64,000 bases of DNA from Octopus vulgaris (taxonomy: Eukaryota). Below, piece after piece: positions 26,773 to 41,904 of the stretch (positions are counted from its first letter, which is position 1; the number at the start of each line of letters is the position of its first letter). The notes under the pieces were generated by a model that had not been told where the DNA came from, did not search any database, and saw only the letters and a list, made by a program, of their open reading frames with translations. Where the stretch lies: positions 79,484,001-79,548,000 of the forward strand of contig OX597814.1 of assembly GCA_951406725.2 (NCBI GenBank), in the 5' to 3' direction. The position numbers and the translations under genes were made by a program.

Positions 26773-28619
26773 CATTGGCTGCAAAGTGAACTCCCTAATT
26801 GTACAGTCATGCCTGTACAACCACCAATTCCATGGCATACGGTAAAATTCACCATCACAAATTTCAGCAATGCCATCATACTGCCGCTGACAACCAATTT
26901 CATTAATGCCAGCCTCACCTCCAAAATACTATAGAATAAGTTTGACAAAAACCAAATAAATACATGACATTATGTATTTTTATGTATCTCTCACTCTCTC
27001 TGCCGCTTTGTCTTTCTCTCTCCCTCTCACTTCCTCTGCTTCTTACGTGCCTTCCAAGAACATACGCATGCAGCATATATGTTTATCAGTGATTAAAAGA
27101 GGGAGAAATTTTCTGTTATAAGATACTGAACCACTCATCTTTTGACAATATTTACCGTTGACCCGAAAGAAACCGCTCTTTGATTAATTATACGGTTCAG
27201 CTCTCTATCTTGTTTGTATTAATACATATGATGCGTAGGTATCAAGAGGCAGTCACACTTACTGAATGGCCCAGGGTCATAGGAATGAAAGCTGATAGAC
27301 ATCTGTGAAATTCCGGTTTTCAGCATGCTACCACTCATGTCTCTGATACAGAATTTATATATTGTCATATCAGCCCGGTGTTTGGCGGCAATTTATCTTC
27401 AGAAAGACTTACATTTCAAGGTCTGAACCTTTTATCTGAACATAGATACCAATCAAAGCAGTGATATGAGAGTGGTAACTGGCTATGTTCTGGTAGAAGG
27501 TTGGACATCCGGCCACGTTGAGGCGTCTAGAAACATTCATAGAATGCCACGCTCATTGGTCGTAGGGAACTATTATGGTTTCCAGTAATGTGAAGTCATT
27601 TCTGAAATGCACAAAAATACGAACATTCATTATGCTGGTATCGTTGCTCCTGATATTGATGTGCTTCTATTCGCTTCCGAGGGGCTTGTAGAAAAAATTA
27701 GAAATTGACGGATAGCATTCTATGCTTTCGAATTTGTTCAAGGTGACGTTAAATCAGCCTCATAATTTGGTGTATTTTTAAAATTTTGTCGTTGTCCTTT
27801 AGAAATTGCTTACTACCTACGCTAAGTTCACTCGTTGAAGAAACTTCATTATCCTGCATAATTTTGTATTTTAGATTTACTAAAAAAAAAAAAAAGATCT
27901 TTCTGGTTTTTTCAGGTGATCTATTATTCACGTCTGGCTGAGCATGTTCTGAATTTAGTTTACAAAATAATATCACATAAACATGAGAATGCAAATAGTT
28001 ACACAAATAGTTACCAGTGAGAAAAAAATGTTCATAGCACAATAATATATTAGAATCGGTTCAGTTGACTATGCGACACCAACTAGAAATTTGTAGCTTT
28101 TGCTTATATAAAAATTACTCATTCTAATAAAAGTCGCTTGTAATAGGAAATATAAAGCGATGTGTTTAGTTTCGCTCTTTCTTGTTTTTAATTCAAATCC
28201 TATCAGCGTCAACTTTGCTGGTCGTCTTTCAGGATTCGATAAAATAAATGCTCGTCAGTAATTTGGATTTATCTAATCGATTATACACGTACCAAAATGA
28301 TTACATCAAAAATGATTATTTCGAAAGAGGTTTATGGCTGAAATGGTGTAGAGATGAACAAGTTACTGAGTTACGTCTTTTTACTCGCCGAGTTTTAATC
28401 CATTCGTGGCTGATTTTGCATGAACTGGAAGTTGGACAACTGCCTTGAAGTTCCCAATTCTAATTCTGCAATATACCCCCCCCACACACACACATTCTAT
28501 CGGTTTCAGTCAAATAAATACTTCTTAAGTACTTGTGACTGCTATAATCGACTATACTCTCATCTAAAATTGATGACTTTGTGTCTTTTAGAAATTATTT
28601 CTATTATTACGTTTTCATT

Positions 28620-28838
28620 TAGGCAGCGAACAGCCAGAATCGTTAGCACACCAGACAAAATGCTTAGCGGCATTTCGTCCGTCCTTACGATTTGAGTTCA
28701 AATTCTGCCGAGGTCGACTTTGCTTTTCATCCTTTCAGGGTCGATAACATAAGTACCAGTTACACTTTGGGGTCGATGTAATTGATTATCTCTCTCCCCC
28801 AAAAGTTTATACCTTGTGCTTAGAGTAGAAAGGATTAT
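28620..28838 (+). mobile_element. tRNA-derived SINE (family A)
   Basis: Full-length similarity to the copies at 30574, 36617 and 58915. Confidence 0.85.
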
Positions 28839-28936
28839 TATATCTTCATTTGCACAGTGATGATTTGTTCACACTGAATCGTTTATCTCCCTTTCAAGTT
28901 ATGTAACCTCTACTATTACTACTACTACTACTACTG

Positions 28937-28970
<34 letters not shown>

Positions 28971-29403
28971 CAGTACTACTCGGTAGTTTTGTTTTTGTTG
29001 CGTACTTTCATTGCACAACCAAGCGCAGCTTTTTAGTCGCTTTAGGTTTGTATTGACTATTTTACTCACAAATACATGCATGTAGTTTCAGTGCCCAGGC
29101 GTGGTATTTTCTGCGCTGTGGATATTTGTAATCCTCCTCCTCCTCCTCCTCCTCCTCATTTATTATTATTATTATTTATTATTATTATTAGTAGTAGTAG
29201 TAGTAGATTATTTAGCAGTTATGGAATGACAAGAGGAAATAAAAATGGAAGAAATTAATAATAAAAACATACAGAAATTCTTACAGAACCAGAATGACCG
29301 TAAAGAGAATCTTCTTTTTTTTTACAATTCTTATTGTTTATCTGTTATCGTTTCTTTTTACACTAATCCTTTTAAGTGTTACAAATCATTGTTTGACGCT
29401 TAC

Positions 29404-29456
29404 CTTTGGCCTTCGGCAAACGTGCAATTATGAACTGAAGTTAGGCTAGCCGCCAT
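29404..29456 (-). CDS. candidate first coding exon, MAASLTSVHNCTFAEGQ(S/R), product not recognised
   Basis: Start context aaaATGGCG, 17 codons plus 2 nt, donor AAG|gtaagc. Lies in repeat-free sequence. Confidence 0.55.
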
Positions 29457-30475
29457 TTTATTTTATTTTTTGTTTCTTTTATAATTTTATTTTTGTGTTT
29501 GGTTATTTCAGTTGCCATTGTTGTTATTCGGTAACGGGACTAATATCAAAAGATTAAAAACCCTTTGATCTTTTCTACTTTTTTCATCCAGATTTCTTAA
29601 TGCTTTATGGTGGTTGTTATTGCTCATGCCCTTGTCACGTTCCTCCTCTCTGTCTCATCCGAAGAAGAAAACATACGAAAGAAAATACAAAGTAAAGTAA
29701 CAATTTTGCTTTAAGCTAATTTAGGGTGAAAAGAATCGAAACAGAATAAATATACAATAAAACCACTAAATAATGCTTAAAATATTTTATTTTGCTTGTT
29801 TTTACAATTATTTATTCATTTAGTTTGTTTTCTCTTGCATTTTTTCTTTTGTTCTGCTTTTTGTATACCAAGCTTTTTTCTCTTTTAATTATTATTCATC
29901 TATTCAATACATTTGTTTTTCAATTGTCCTTATGTGGTTTTCGTGGTTCGGATATTTCGTGCTTACTTAATAGTAGTTTCTTATTATAGTTTGACACCAC
30001 AAATTCCCATATAAAAATACTTACCATCCTCGATTACCCACCAACCCCAACCCCAACTACCGAAATTTAATTCTTGCGTGTTGACATTTGATACGATACA
30101 ATAGGATGAAATAATTTGAAAACGACTTAAATATCTTTGTTTGTATACTAGACAACTTACGATTCCCAACCGAAATACCAACTTTTATTTTGTCGAGAAA
30201 TTTGAACGAAACTGGATGACTAATACAGAGAGATCTACTGGTGTTTGATCTTTAATCTTTCATTTGCTTCAGCCATTAGATGGCGACCATGCTAGAGCAT
30301 CACCTTGAAGAATTCAGTCAAACAAATCGATCGACTACAGTAATTATTCTTTAAAAGTCCGGTATTTATAGTCAGGAGTGTAAAAATGAACCTACACCAA
30401 TTATAAAGTGATGGGGTGAGGGACACACACACACATATATATCATATACTCTTATATATATATAGTGTATATATG

Positions 30476-30531
<56 letters not shown>

Positions 30532-30573
30532 ATATGTGTGTGTGTGTGAGTGTGTGTGTGTAATATATGTATA

Positions 30574-30790
30574 AGGCGGCGAGCTGGCAGAAACGTTAGC
30601 GCGCCGGGCGAAATGCGAGGCCGTATGTCGTCTGTCGTACGTTCCGAGTTCAAATTCCGCCGAGGTCGACTTTGACTTCCATCCTTTCGGGGGCGTTAAA
30701 TTAAGTACCAGTTGCGTACTGGGGTCGATATAACCTTTGTCTGTCCTTGTTTGTCCCCTCTATGGTTTAGCCCCTTGTGGGTAATAAAGA
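30574..30790 (+). mobile_element. tRNA-derived SINE (family A), young copy
   Basis: ggcggcgagctggcagaaacgttagc...gagttcaaattccgccgaggtcgactttg...catcctttcgggg; CpGs retained. Confidence 0.9.
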
Positions 30791-30825
<35 letters not shown>

Positions 30826-30848
30826 GTAATATATATATACATATACAT

Positions 30849-30928
<80 letters not shown>

Positions 30929-30959
30929 ACACATATATATATATATACAGCTTATAAAC

Positions 30960-31036
30960 AATAGACTTAAATCGTCAATAACCATATAATTCATCATACT
31001 GATGAATTATATGGATATTGACGATGTAAGTCTATT
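30960..31036. repeat. 37-bp foldback hairpin (2 mismatches, 3-nt loop)
   Basis: aatagacttaaatcgtcaataaccatataattcatca-tac-tgatgaattatatggatattgacgatgtaagtctatt. Confidence 0.95.
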
Positions 31037-31165
31037 TTCGGCATATTTAGCATTAGAATTTTTTCTTTTGCCCTTGTTTATAGATTTAACCTTTAAAGGT
31101 ATTTTTTTAATATGCTGGCCATTGATAAAATTTTTTCGAAAATTTTATCCTATATTAGATGTATA

Positions 31166-31548
31166 CTAGCAGTATCGCCCGGCGTTGCTCAGGTTTGTAG
31201 GGGAAATAACTATAAAGCATTTTTAGAGAGTTACAGCCAAAAAATAGCAAAAAAATGGAAAAAAATGATGGTAAATTTTTTTTGAGAGTTAAAAAAGGTG
31301 GAGTTGCGTCCCCTAGACGGTCTGTGGTTTGGGTTTCTGATTCTCGACCCCATGTCGAATTTATCGATTTTTTTCAGAACTGGGGGAACTTTTCAAAATT
31401 TTCGCTGCGTTAGTTTTGAATTATGACATTGGGCTATGTGTGTGTCAAGTTTCATCAGAATCGGTTGAAAGTCGTGGTCAGAGTGAGGGTACGAGAAAAC
31501 AGACACACAGAAAACGCACAGACAAACTGCCGTTTATATATAGAGAGA
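31166..31548 (-). mobile_element. non-autonomous Helitron
   Basis: Minus strand begins A|TCTCTCTATATATAAA and ends with a GC-rich subterminal hairpin and CTAG|T. No target-site duplication. Confidence 0.8.
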
Positions 31549-32351
31549 TATACGATGAATTGGGACTATGGTAGAAGCAACTTGCTCAAGGTAAGTGCCA
31601 CGTAGTAGTACTGAAACCAAAAACCACGTGATTTCAAAACGGGCTTCTTAACCACAGACTTTATTCATTTTTATTTTTTACGTTTGTATGTTCTTCTTTA
31701 TTTACACTTCCTTTTTACGCACATTTTGTTTCACAAAAGTAATTTCCCATGCATTGTTTAAGCAGGTTTCAAAGCATAATTTATGTCATTATAAGCTATT
31801 AAAATGCGTAGATTTTTCTATAGTTTCCATATTTTCGAAAAGTAGTTCAAAAATAGATAAGCTCTTGTCTGGTCAGAATATAGTGCACTGAGCACCGAGT
31901 AGTTACCGCTAATAGTTTTAGCCGCTGGGTAGTTACCGCTCAATTAAAGTTACTCTAAATAAGAAGGCAGCGATCTGGCAGAAACGTTAGTACGCCGGAG
32001 AAAATGCTGGGCGGCATTTCTTCTGGCTTTATGTTCCGAGCTGAAATTCCGTTCAGGTCGACTTTACCATTTTTTTTCTTTTGAGGTCACCTTTTATTCT
32101 TTCGAGGTCGATAAAATAAGTACAGTTTGTGTACATGGGTCGATGTAATAGACTAGCATCCTGTCCTAAACTTTTAGGCCTTGTGCCGATATTAGAAAGA
32201 AATAGAAAAAAAATTATACTAAATGAGATACGTTACACAAGTGTTTGATTATATTAACAACTTTTGCAAAGTAAATAGTAGCATATTTCCGTCTGTCTAG
32301 CGGGACACTGGGGTTCGATTCTTCGTCAAGGATGCTTTCAGTTCTTTGTTG

Positions 32352-32505
32352 GTTGGCTGTGTGTCTAAGAAGCTTGCTTTTGCAACCACGTGTTTTGGGG
32401 TTCAGTCCCAACCCATGGTATCCTGGGACAAATGTCTTCTACTATAGCTCCGGGAAGACCAATGTCTTGCGAGTGGATTTGCAAGGCAAAAACTGTGGAA
32501 GCCGT
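32352..32505 (+). mobile_element. tRNA-derived SINE (family B, CORE-like), decayed
   Basis: tggctgtgtg..aagaagcttgct...caaccac...gggttcagtccca, shared with the copies at 33430, 36975, 47440 and 63905. Confidence 0.7.
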
Positions 32506-33367
32506 CATATATACACATATATATAGTTCAATTTTAGTATTTTGCCGAACGGCCTTCCCAAAATACAACACACACGTACATTTGGATAAACACAGTGGTT
32601 ATAATTCCAAACAGCGCGAGAGGGTCCAGACGCAACAGCCATTTCTTAGCCACATCATGCACAGTTATCCACTTGGCAGGCGGTGGATTAAGTTTCACAT
32701 CGACTCTTGCCAGTTATGCAGATTAAGTCGATTTTATCATATTTGTAGTTCTTATTGCGTCAGTCTTTTCACAGATTATATATTTATAATTCATTCTTCT
32801 CTCTGATTAAGTCAACTTAACTTGGGTTGATCACGCAATGCTATTTGTTTCACTCACACACACACGCGCACGCACAGAAATATATGCGGGATAGCAGAAT
32901 CATTAGAGCGTCAGGTAGAATACTTTACGATATTTGTTCCGGCTATGTGCGGTCTGAGTTCAAATCCTACAAGTGTCATCTTTGCCTTTTATCTTTTTGG
33001 AGTCAATAAGCAAAATACCTCTCAGATAGGGTGGCAATTACTTCTTCTTTTTCTTTGCCTCCTTATTCTTTTTTTCCCTCACCCTCTGTTTTTCTCTGGA
33101 AAAAATTGTATGTTCCGATCTAGAGAAGTATGGGCGTCACTAAGTTTAAATCGCTCAAGCGTGGAGTGTACAAGAAAGTAAGTACGTAATGTATTTGTGT
33201 ATGTACGCATATACATACATACATACATACATACATACATACATACATACACACATACATATGTGTATATATATATATATAAATAAATAAATAAATATAT
33301 ATATATATACACGCACACACGCATACATACTTATATACATATACACATATATACATACATACATACA

Positions 33368-33403
<36 letters not shown>

Positions 33404-33429
33404 TATATATATCACAACATGACATAATA

Positions 33430-33570
33430 GCAATGGCTGTGTGATAAGAAGGTTGCTTTCCAATCACACGGTTCCGGGTTCAGTCCCATTGCGTGGCACC
33501 TTCTAAAAGTACATGTACTTTCGGGCCGACCAAAGTTGTGTGAGTGCATTTTGTAGACAGAAACTGATGA
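33430..33570 (+). mobile_element. tRNA-derived SINE (family B)
   Basis: atggctgtgtgataagaag...ggttccgggttcagtcccattgcgtggcacctt. Confidence 0.75.
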
Positions 33571-33854
33571 ATGTCTGTTTCTATTCTGTTTTTAATCATT
33601 TAAATTCTGCCGTTATACGTACACACACGCACGTATAACGGTATGCACTGAACCTGATGGATTGCTCGGAGATACATGGCATTGTATATAAATCTACAAA
33701 ATTATTGTATTACAACAGTATGAAACTATTGGTAGCTCGTTTTAAAATTGTGTATATAAAATGATATTTATCTTTCAATGGATAAAGTACTTATTTGTTA
33801 ATCCTACATATGACGAAACAGTATATGTATGTATTGTATGTATGTATGTGTGTG

Positions 33855-34597
33855 TGTGTATTCTATTTTTTAATTATTTTAAATCTTCCACTGAGGAAGG
33901 AGCCAGTTTCCAACAACGATACAAGGCTCCATCAACACAGACAAATTCACATTTGGAACTTGAGCAAAGTCTTGCATGTCTTTACTGTTCCACTCACATA
34001 TTGCACTTGTACGAATTATCCGGTCTTTTTCTTTCTGGAAATCGCAGTTTCTCCAGATTCTTCTTTCAGCATTTACTAACAAAATCTTGTGCTCCAATAA
34101 TTATTGGTATTAATATGAATTCATAGTCTGGATATAGAAGCTGGAAGTTTCGAAGAAGTTGTCCATAGATATCCTCTTTTTCTTTGATTTTCATAGAGAT
34201 ATTTATATCTGCAGGGCAGATGGTACATACTTTTGCCTCTCTGTCCCAAACAACAATATCCGCCTTGCTATGTTTAATTTTGAGAGACGTTTTGATGGCT
34301 ATATTCCACCAGTATTCCTTGAGTTGGTGTTTTTGAATGTATTTCATAACAAAGGGATTCTCTAAGTATATTTCAGGATAGTCTTTTTTGCGGATGGCAT
34401 TGTAAATTGTTTTAGCAAGAACATCGTACCGCATAGGGAGGTAGTACCGTGATGACATTTTAGGACAGCTGCTAATCACATGCGTGATGTGTTCCACAGA
34501 AATATGACAACCTACACATGCGGTTGCACCTTGGAATTACTAGAGCGTCACTGTCTCTCTTGTTCACCAGTTACTGTGTGGCAATCTCGTGTTCCTG
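33855..34597 (-). mobile_element. second 5'-truncated R4/Dong-clade retrotransposon fragment
   Basis: ORF 34066-34497 HVISSCPKMSSRYYLPMR...DIVVWDREAK...IPIIIGA is homologous to the 14117 copy. Its 5' end abuts (CATA)n on the same strand. Confidence 0.9.
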
Positions 34598-35278
34598 TGT
34601 ATGTATGTATGTATGTATGTATGTATGTATGTATGTATGTATGTATGTATGTATGTTTGTATGTATGTATGTATTTATGTATGTATGTATAAAGTTTTAA
34701 AAATGAAGCTAAAATGTTCAAAGTCCATGTTCTGAAAGGTCAATTTCATCTTTCCCCCGTAATCACCCTAAGTTCGCTAAAATAAGTACCAGCAATATAT
34801 TGGTGTCGATATAATCGACCATACCAAATTTAATGCTTTGTGTCAACCTTAGGCATCAACATTATAAATATAAGCACAATTAGCTCACTAACGCGACTGA
34901 AACCGCGTATGTATTGCGTAACGGTGACCAAGATACTGATTCGAGTACATCTTCATATTGCACGCAAATTCACGTTCTCATATTACATGTTTTAAATGTT
35001 TGCTATGTGTTATGTAACTGCTGTTTAAGTGACTGGCGGATCATCTATTAAGGAGATAAACATTTGAAATGGTTCATTTCAAAGAAGGGTCTCTACGCAG
35101 TATTAATTTCAGAGAAGGGTCACCGCAGTATTAACGCTCCTGCGGCAGTCCATTTTGCGGTGTATTTGTGGTTGTAAGCCTGGTCAATGAGGTTCTCGCC
35201 TATTATGTTCTAATCTTGAATTAGTACTAAAATTGTTTACAGCTTGTTTATTAAAACCTCCGCTCGCCCTTCAACTTC

Positions 35279-35327
<49 letters not shown>

Positions 35328-35643
35328 CACTTTATTTTTAAGTGATTTGGTAGTTGACACGTAAAAGCATATGAGTGTGTCTGTGTGTATGCTGTGCATG
35401 TGTGTTTGTACAAGGCAAAGAAAACGTGGGTTTATAAGTCGTTGGAGGTTAAATAAATATATCAGATCGTTAAGCCAAGAATATGCGGAGAAAAAGAAAT
35501 AAGCCTCTGGGTGGCTATATTAGTGCACGTGAGCTGCCATGTAAGTATACGTACACACACAAATACACACATACATATACACATATATTTCTGTTTGTGT
35601 TACAACACACACGCACACTCACACACACGCTCACACGCACGCT

Positions 35644-35710
<67 letters not shown>

Positions 35711-36616
35711 GAGGGTGTAAGTGCTTCCTTTCTCAAGTGTCACACTCCTTTACGATACGGGGAGGGTCTCATGAAATATCTACCTCCCACGTCTTTAGGG
35801 AATAGCAAATGATTCAAAACAAGAACTGCTTTATTTCCTGAGGGAGAGTGAACTATCCGGGTGAGCCACTATCAATTCAGTTTATAGAAAATAAACTCCC
35901 CCTTCTTCATCCTGCAAATAATGACGGGTGGACACATAACAGATTTATGTGTCATTTAACGTGATCAGCTTGTTGAAAAGTAGAGAGATTGAAAGGCGGG
36001 AAAGAAAATACTGAATATAAGAAAATAACTACACAACAAATGAAAATTGTAAATAAATCTAAATCTTATGTTAAGCAGAAATATCTCTGTATTTTATTTT
36101 AGTCTATTATTTTTTGTTTTTTAGCCAGAAACTGAAGCCAAAGAATTTTCCTGTAAGAAATAAATCTTCGTTTTTTTCGCTCATTCTTTCTCCTTTCTTA
36201 GCGCAATGTGTCACAGGGATACTGAGATCGTTGTTGGCCTTGTACATTTTCAGAATCGGATACAGGCTGGTTTCATTGCAGTGATTTCACTATTGTGTAT
36301 TGTTCCAAGTCATAATGGTGGGTGAAGTCTTGGATTCAGCAATTCAGGATAAAGACACGGTCGTTAACTATAAGATATTCACTCATTGTGGTGATTGTCT
36401 CGGAGCAAACTTGTAAGGAACTGGATGGAGGATACTGCTTAGTTTTTTCAAAGCCGGAGGAAGAAAATTTAGTGACCCACATCACTTTCAGCTGTTGAAA
36501 AACTCATAAACTACCGAACAACATAAATCACATTTCGACAAAATGCTGGGCTTTATAGACAATACAAGGCTGAAATTTTTCTAAGTAAACTACCTCTTAA
36601 TATCTAAGTGGGATTA

Positions 36617-36835
36617 AGGCGTTAAGCTGGCAGAATCATTAGCACTCAGGGCAAAATGGTTAGCGGCATTTCGTCCGTCTTTACGTTCCGAGTTCAAACT
36701 GCGCCGAGGTTGACTTTGCCTTTCATCTTTTCGAAGTCGATAAAATAAGTACCAGTGGAGCACTCGGGTTGATGAAATCGATTTAGCCTCTTCCCTGAAA
36801 TTGCTGGTTTTGTGCCAAAATTTGAAACCAATATC
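36617..36835 (+). mobile_element. tRNA-derived SINE (family A)
   Basis: Same head and central domain as the 30574 copy. Confidence 0.85.
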
Positions 36836-37249
36836 TCAGTGAACTAAATCAACAACAGCAAAATGTTTTAGTCGTGAGACAGCCTGACGTCCGATAGATC
36901 AGAACAACGGAGATCGTCAAGAAATATCTGTCACAGAATATTTTATTGACATGACTTGTCGAAAATTTACGTAAAAATCTCTTTGCTTCCCAACCACATG
37001 CTTCCAGGTTCAATCCCACTGCGTGGCACAATGGGCATGTGTCTTCTACAGCCTCGGACCGGTCAAATCTTTGTGATCCTGAATAGAGTGATTAGTGATG
37101 AATCAATAAACAATATTTTGCAAACAAATGATGATAGGGAAAAATAGAAGAAAGAATGAGCGAGTGAGTAAATTAGGAGTAGAAATTAGGAGTAGAAACG
37201 ATATTGGCCCTCGACTAAAATTTTCTACGTAATATACAAAGGTTGCATT

Positions 37250-39350
37250 GCCGAAGACGTACATTCTTATTGACATGAAATAATTAAAATAGCTCAGTGG
37301 ATTCTAGAAGAAGAAGAAGCGTGACGTAGAAATATATCCAAAGTTAAGTTTTGATAGATTAAAATGAATGTGTTCTCTTTGAATTTAGGAAGATATGAGT
37401 GGCAAATGATTGCACGAGGAGGAAATCACCTGATATGTATGGTCTGTTTTATGAACTTTAAGTATGAATGTCAGATTTGTTCGCCTTGATCTTGAAGGTT
37501 TTCTACTGCAACCGGCAGCAAAACGGAGAGTCGCCAGTTCTATGAATCGAAGAAGGATGGCGCTGTTGAGGAAGAGATGAATAATTGATAATTTTCAGCT
37601 GAATGTAAGGCTCTTGCAAAGAGAGTAGTGATTATCGTCAATAGTGTAGCGGAGAATATGCAAACTTGTGCGATTTTAGGCAGATCTCATCATAGCCACC
37701 ATCGTTTCATGTATTATATCGTAGATTGGTCAGATAACAACCCTAAAGCTCTGATCAAGTTGGATCAATCGAAAGATTTCTATAGCTAACATCATCGCTA
37801 CTTAACCACTGACTAAAGTTCAATTTCCAGATGTATGATCACTTCAATGTACAGCAGCACTTGCTTGGTGATTAGACTAAATGATCATCTATCAGAAAAC
37901 TTTTGAAACATACTCACAGTTCTTCAAGATCATTTTCTTTCATCTCTTCTGTACTTATGTACACTGAATTCAATATTGAGAAAAAGGAGCAAGTTTAAAA
38001 GCCTCCCGTTTGAACTTAAATGAAGAAGTGTTGTGTTAGTATAAGTAGACGATGTCATTACAAATGGTGTTGGACACCATCTGAAGTCGAAGTAGCTGAC
38101 ATTATTGTAACTGATTACGGAGACAAAATAATCAAAAATTAATTTAGACAAATTCGAGTGTTTGCAGTTCGGCACCAGGAGCGGCAAATCTATGTCACCG
38201 ATCAGCGTCGAGGATTACTAAACTTATAGAGCAGCTGAGTTGTTCGATGTCTAGTTCACATCTGACCTTCCGATGGACAGGAAGTGAGACAAGGATGGGA
38301 AGAAGTTGGCCAGTGTAGTGTCTCCTGAAGTAGACTGAGAGAATATCGTCTCTGAAAGGCCAAGGTCGACTAATACCACCTGGTCGCTGTGGCTATCCCC
38401 AGTGTTCGTTTGGCCAGATTTTATCGTCTGTTCTTTCGTTTCTTGTGGAAGAGACATATTCCACCGTTTAAGCAGTTCATCCACTTCCAATATCCTTTCT
38501 GCAAATGGCTTGCTGTGCTGTTGCTGATGAGGTGCACAGATGCTATTCCCTATTTTACACAGTTCAACTCTGAGTTGCAGTTTACCAGAGGCAAGATTAA
38601 ATGTCTAGTACTTAGAATGTTATCATATCATCACATTGGCCGATATAATTTGCACGTTAGCTCCCTATTGAGGATTGGTTGCAGGAATGAGCGATGATAT
38701 TAAAGGAACTTGAAAAGTGGATAAAGACTTCGTCGAAGAAGAAAGAGTTCGTCTTAAAGAGAACACCTTATATCATAGCAACCAGTTACAGGAATACTCT
38801 CTACCTTTACTGATGAATGGAAGGTGACGGGACAATTTTCATGATAAACTCAGCTGAAAGATGAATCAATCCTACATGCTGCTCAGCTAAACTCCACAAA
38901 TCAGCAATGCTCGGGCACCAAATGAATGCACACAGAACGGCCTCGTCAGAATAGATATGTCATGAAAATTGTTCTGTTACCTTCCATTGGTCGGTAAGGG
39001 AAACAGTCCTTCCTGTAACTTGTAGCTATGTTGTAGGAGTTCTGTGTAGGACGAGAATAGGAGGACTGGGGATAGGCACTTTCCTCTTCGACAAAGCCTT
39101 TAACCACTTTTCAAATTCCTTTTAGAGAAGTAAGGAACAGCGGAAAAGAACGGGGACATCTACATTAGATTTGTTGACAGGTCGGAGAGAATGCGGACAT
39201 AGACTAAGTAAATGGGTCAGCTTTCTGCATAGGCCTGTAGACAGGAGAATGACAGCAGAGAAAGGGAGGGAGAGAGAGAAGAGGGAGGGACAGAGTACTT
39301 GCGATTTGTAGTTGGTCAAATCTTGGATCTGACGCGTTTCTTGATTGACT
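37250..39350 (-). mobile_element. very old, decayed LINE (CR1/Jockey-like)
   Basis: A 2-kb microsatellite-free block of higher GC. Minus-strand fragments weakly resemble APE endonuclease and RT C-terminal regions. No intact motif could be read. Confidence 0.35.
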
Positions 39351-39610
39351 TTCGGTAGCTGTCTACTCTCAAGGCACTCTAGCGCATACTATATTTGCTT
39401 ACTATGCATATTGTGAGTCTTCATTAATTTCATTTCTTATCTAAATACCCACACTTTTTTTGTAATCTGTCCACGCAAAATTTCCCCATCCACCGCCATC
39501 GTGGCAATGATAAAAAACAAAACAAAACAAAGGCAAAACGATCATCGCCATAGTCACCATCGTCGTCGTCGTCGTCGTCATCATCATCATCATCATCATC
39601 ATCGTCATCG

Positions 39611-39657
<47 letters not shown>

Positions 39658-40029
39658 GTTAATGGTGTTCTTTTTTTTGTTTGTTTTGGATATTATTCTG
39701 AAAAGTCTTAAACACTAAATATGTTCGCAAAACAACAGCAAAAGAAAAAAAGAACCTAAAATATTTCATAGACAACCCAACCCTCAAAAAACCCCCAACT
39801 AACTAAACACAAAGAAAATCAATACATACATATATAAATAAATAAACATGAGGCTAATCTCTCCCTCCCCACCCCACTCGCGCCCTCTCCCTCTTCCATA
39901 GCTATTTGTAATGTGTTGTTGTTTTTCTTACTTTTAATATGAAGCTCAAGAGACTGAGAATCTCTCTAACCCGTGATGTCTTCACTTTTGTTTATTAATT
40001 TTCTTTTTCTGATTTGCTGTTCGTTACTT

Positions 40030-40340
<311 letters not shown>

Positions 40341-40727
40341 GTCTCTAAGGAGGTGGCGGAGCGCTGGTTATGTTGTTTATTTCTTTTCTTTTTTGTATAT
40401 TTTTTCCTTTTTAGCTGTTGCTGTTGTTGTTGTTTATCTCTCCTCCTTTCCAACTTTGTTTCCGCTTTTTTGCACAATTATATTTGTATGTGAGTCTGTG
40501 CGTGAGTGTGCACGTATGCGTGTGCTTGCTTGTGTGCGTGTATGCGTGGTGAGTGTGTGTGTACTTGTCAGCTTGTGTATTTGTGTGTGTCAGTATTGCG
40601 TGCGCGTTTTGTGCGTGCGGAAGCGCAAATGAAAATCAAAACAACAATAACATTCAGCAAAAAAAAACTACTACTACTACAACTACTACTACTACTAGTA
40701 GTAGTAGTAGTAGTAGTAGTAGTTGTT

Positions 40728-40760
<33 letters not shown>

Positions 40761-41904
40761 ATAATGATGGTAATAATAATAATAATAATAATAATGATGA
40801 TGAATGATGATGATGATGATGATGATGATGTTAAAACAACAATAATAATAACAAGCAGCAAGTAATAATATGAACAAAATACACTATTATATTTCGTCCT
40901 ATCGCGTGGATTTTTGATTAAATGCTCAGAGTTGAGTCCTTTATATTAAGCGAGCGTGTAGCTGTCCTTGTCTATCGAGTCCATCGACAATCAATACTTC
41001 TTGTTGTTCAATACAAAATCTCATCCTTGAACCAGGAAAACAAAAACAAAAAAAAAGAAAAAAGAAGAAAAAACAAAAGAAAACACATATAAGAAAAATA
41101 TAACAAGAAAAATTAATGCCTTGCGAATGGAAAGAGATGGATTACTGATGTATGAATATCAATGGGTGTTGTTATCAGTTATGAAATACGTACTAAAACC
41201 ATATATAGTTCCAAAGTTCTACGTGTTAGTCGAAGCTAATTTGAGCAAGCTTTATTCCAATCCACATTAGGAATGAAAGCGTGAAGATAGAGAAGTGATT
41301 ATTATTATTATTTATTTATTTGGTTCTTTTTTTGGTGGGGTGGTTTTCCTTTTCTGCTTTGTTTAGTTTTTGTATTATCTTTTAGTTATTGATTTTCGTA
41401 TTTTTTTCTTGCCGCTGCTGCTGTTGTTTCTGAAAATTCCTCTATAAAATAAAGCATTGCATTCAATGTATTTTATACTAGATTTGGAAATGAAGTTTAA
41501 AAATTAGAAATATAGGAGCACAGAATTGGAAAGAATTTGATTTAAAACAACGTCTATAATTTTTTCTTTTCTTTTTTATTGTGATATGATGTGTTGGTAA
41601 TTTCTAGGAAGAAATGTGAAAGAAAATAAATAATTTAAGAAAGTTATGAAATTTAAATGAACTAGAGGAGAATGGAATTAAGAGATTTCTACGGTTGGGA
41701 AAACATTAGTATGAACCTGCTATAGATTTGGAATATATTCATATAAAATTTCGAACCGTTACAAGACATCAATTCTTAGTCAAACTTAATGAATTTTTTG
41801 CAAAAATTGGAGGCAAAAATATAAGGATAAGTTGAAGTATTATTCATGTATTTACACAATGGCGTTAGTTTTGGAAGTAAATACATTAAAAAAAATCGTA
41901 AATT

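Noticed and set aside
41127-41270. 47-codon plus-strand ORF (MERDGLLMYEYQW...) in repeat-free sequence
   Set aside because: No recognisable homology or splice support, and the length is compatible with chance.
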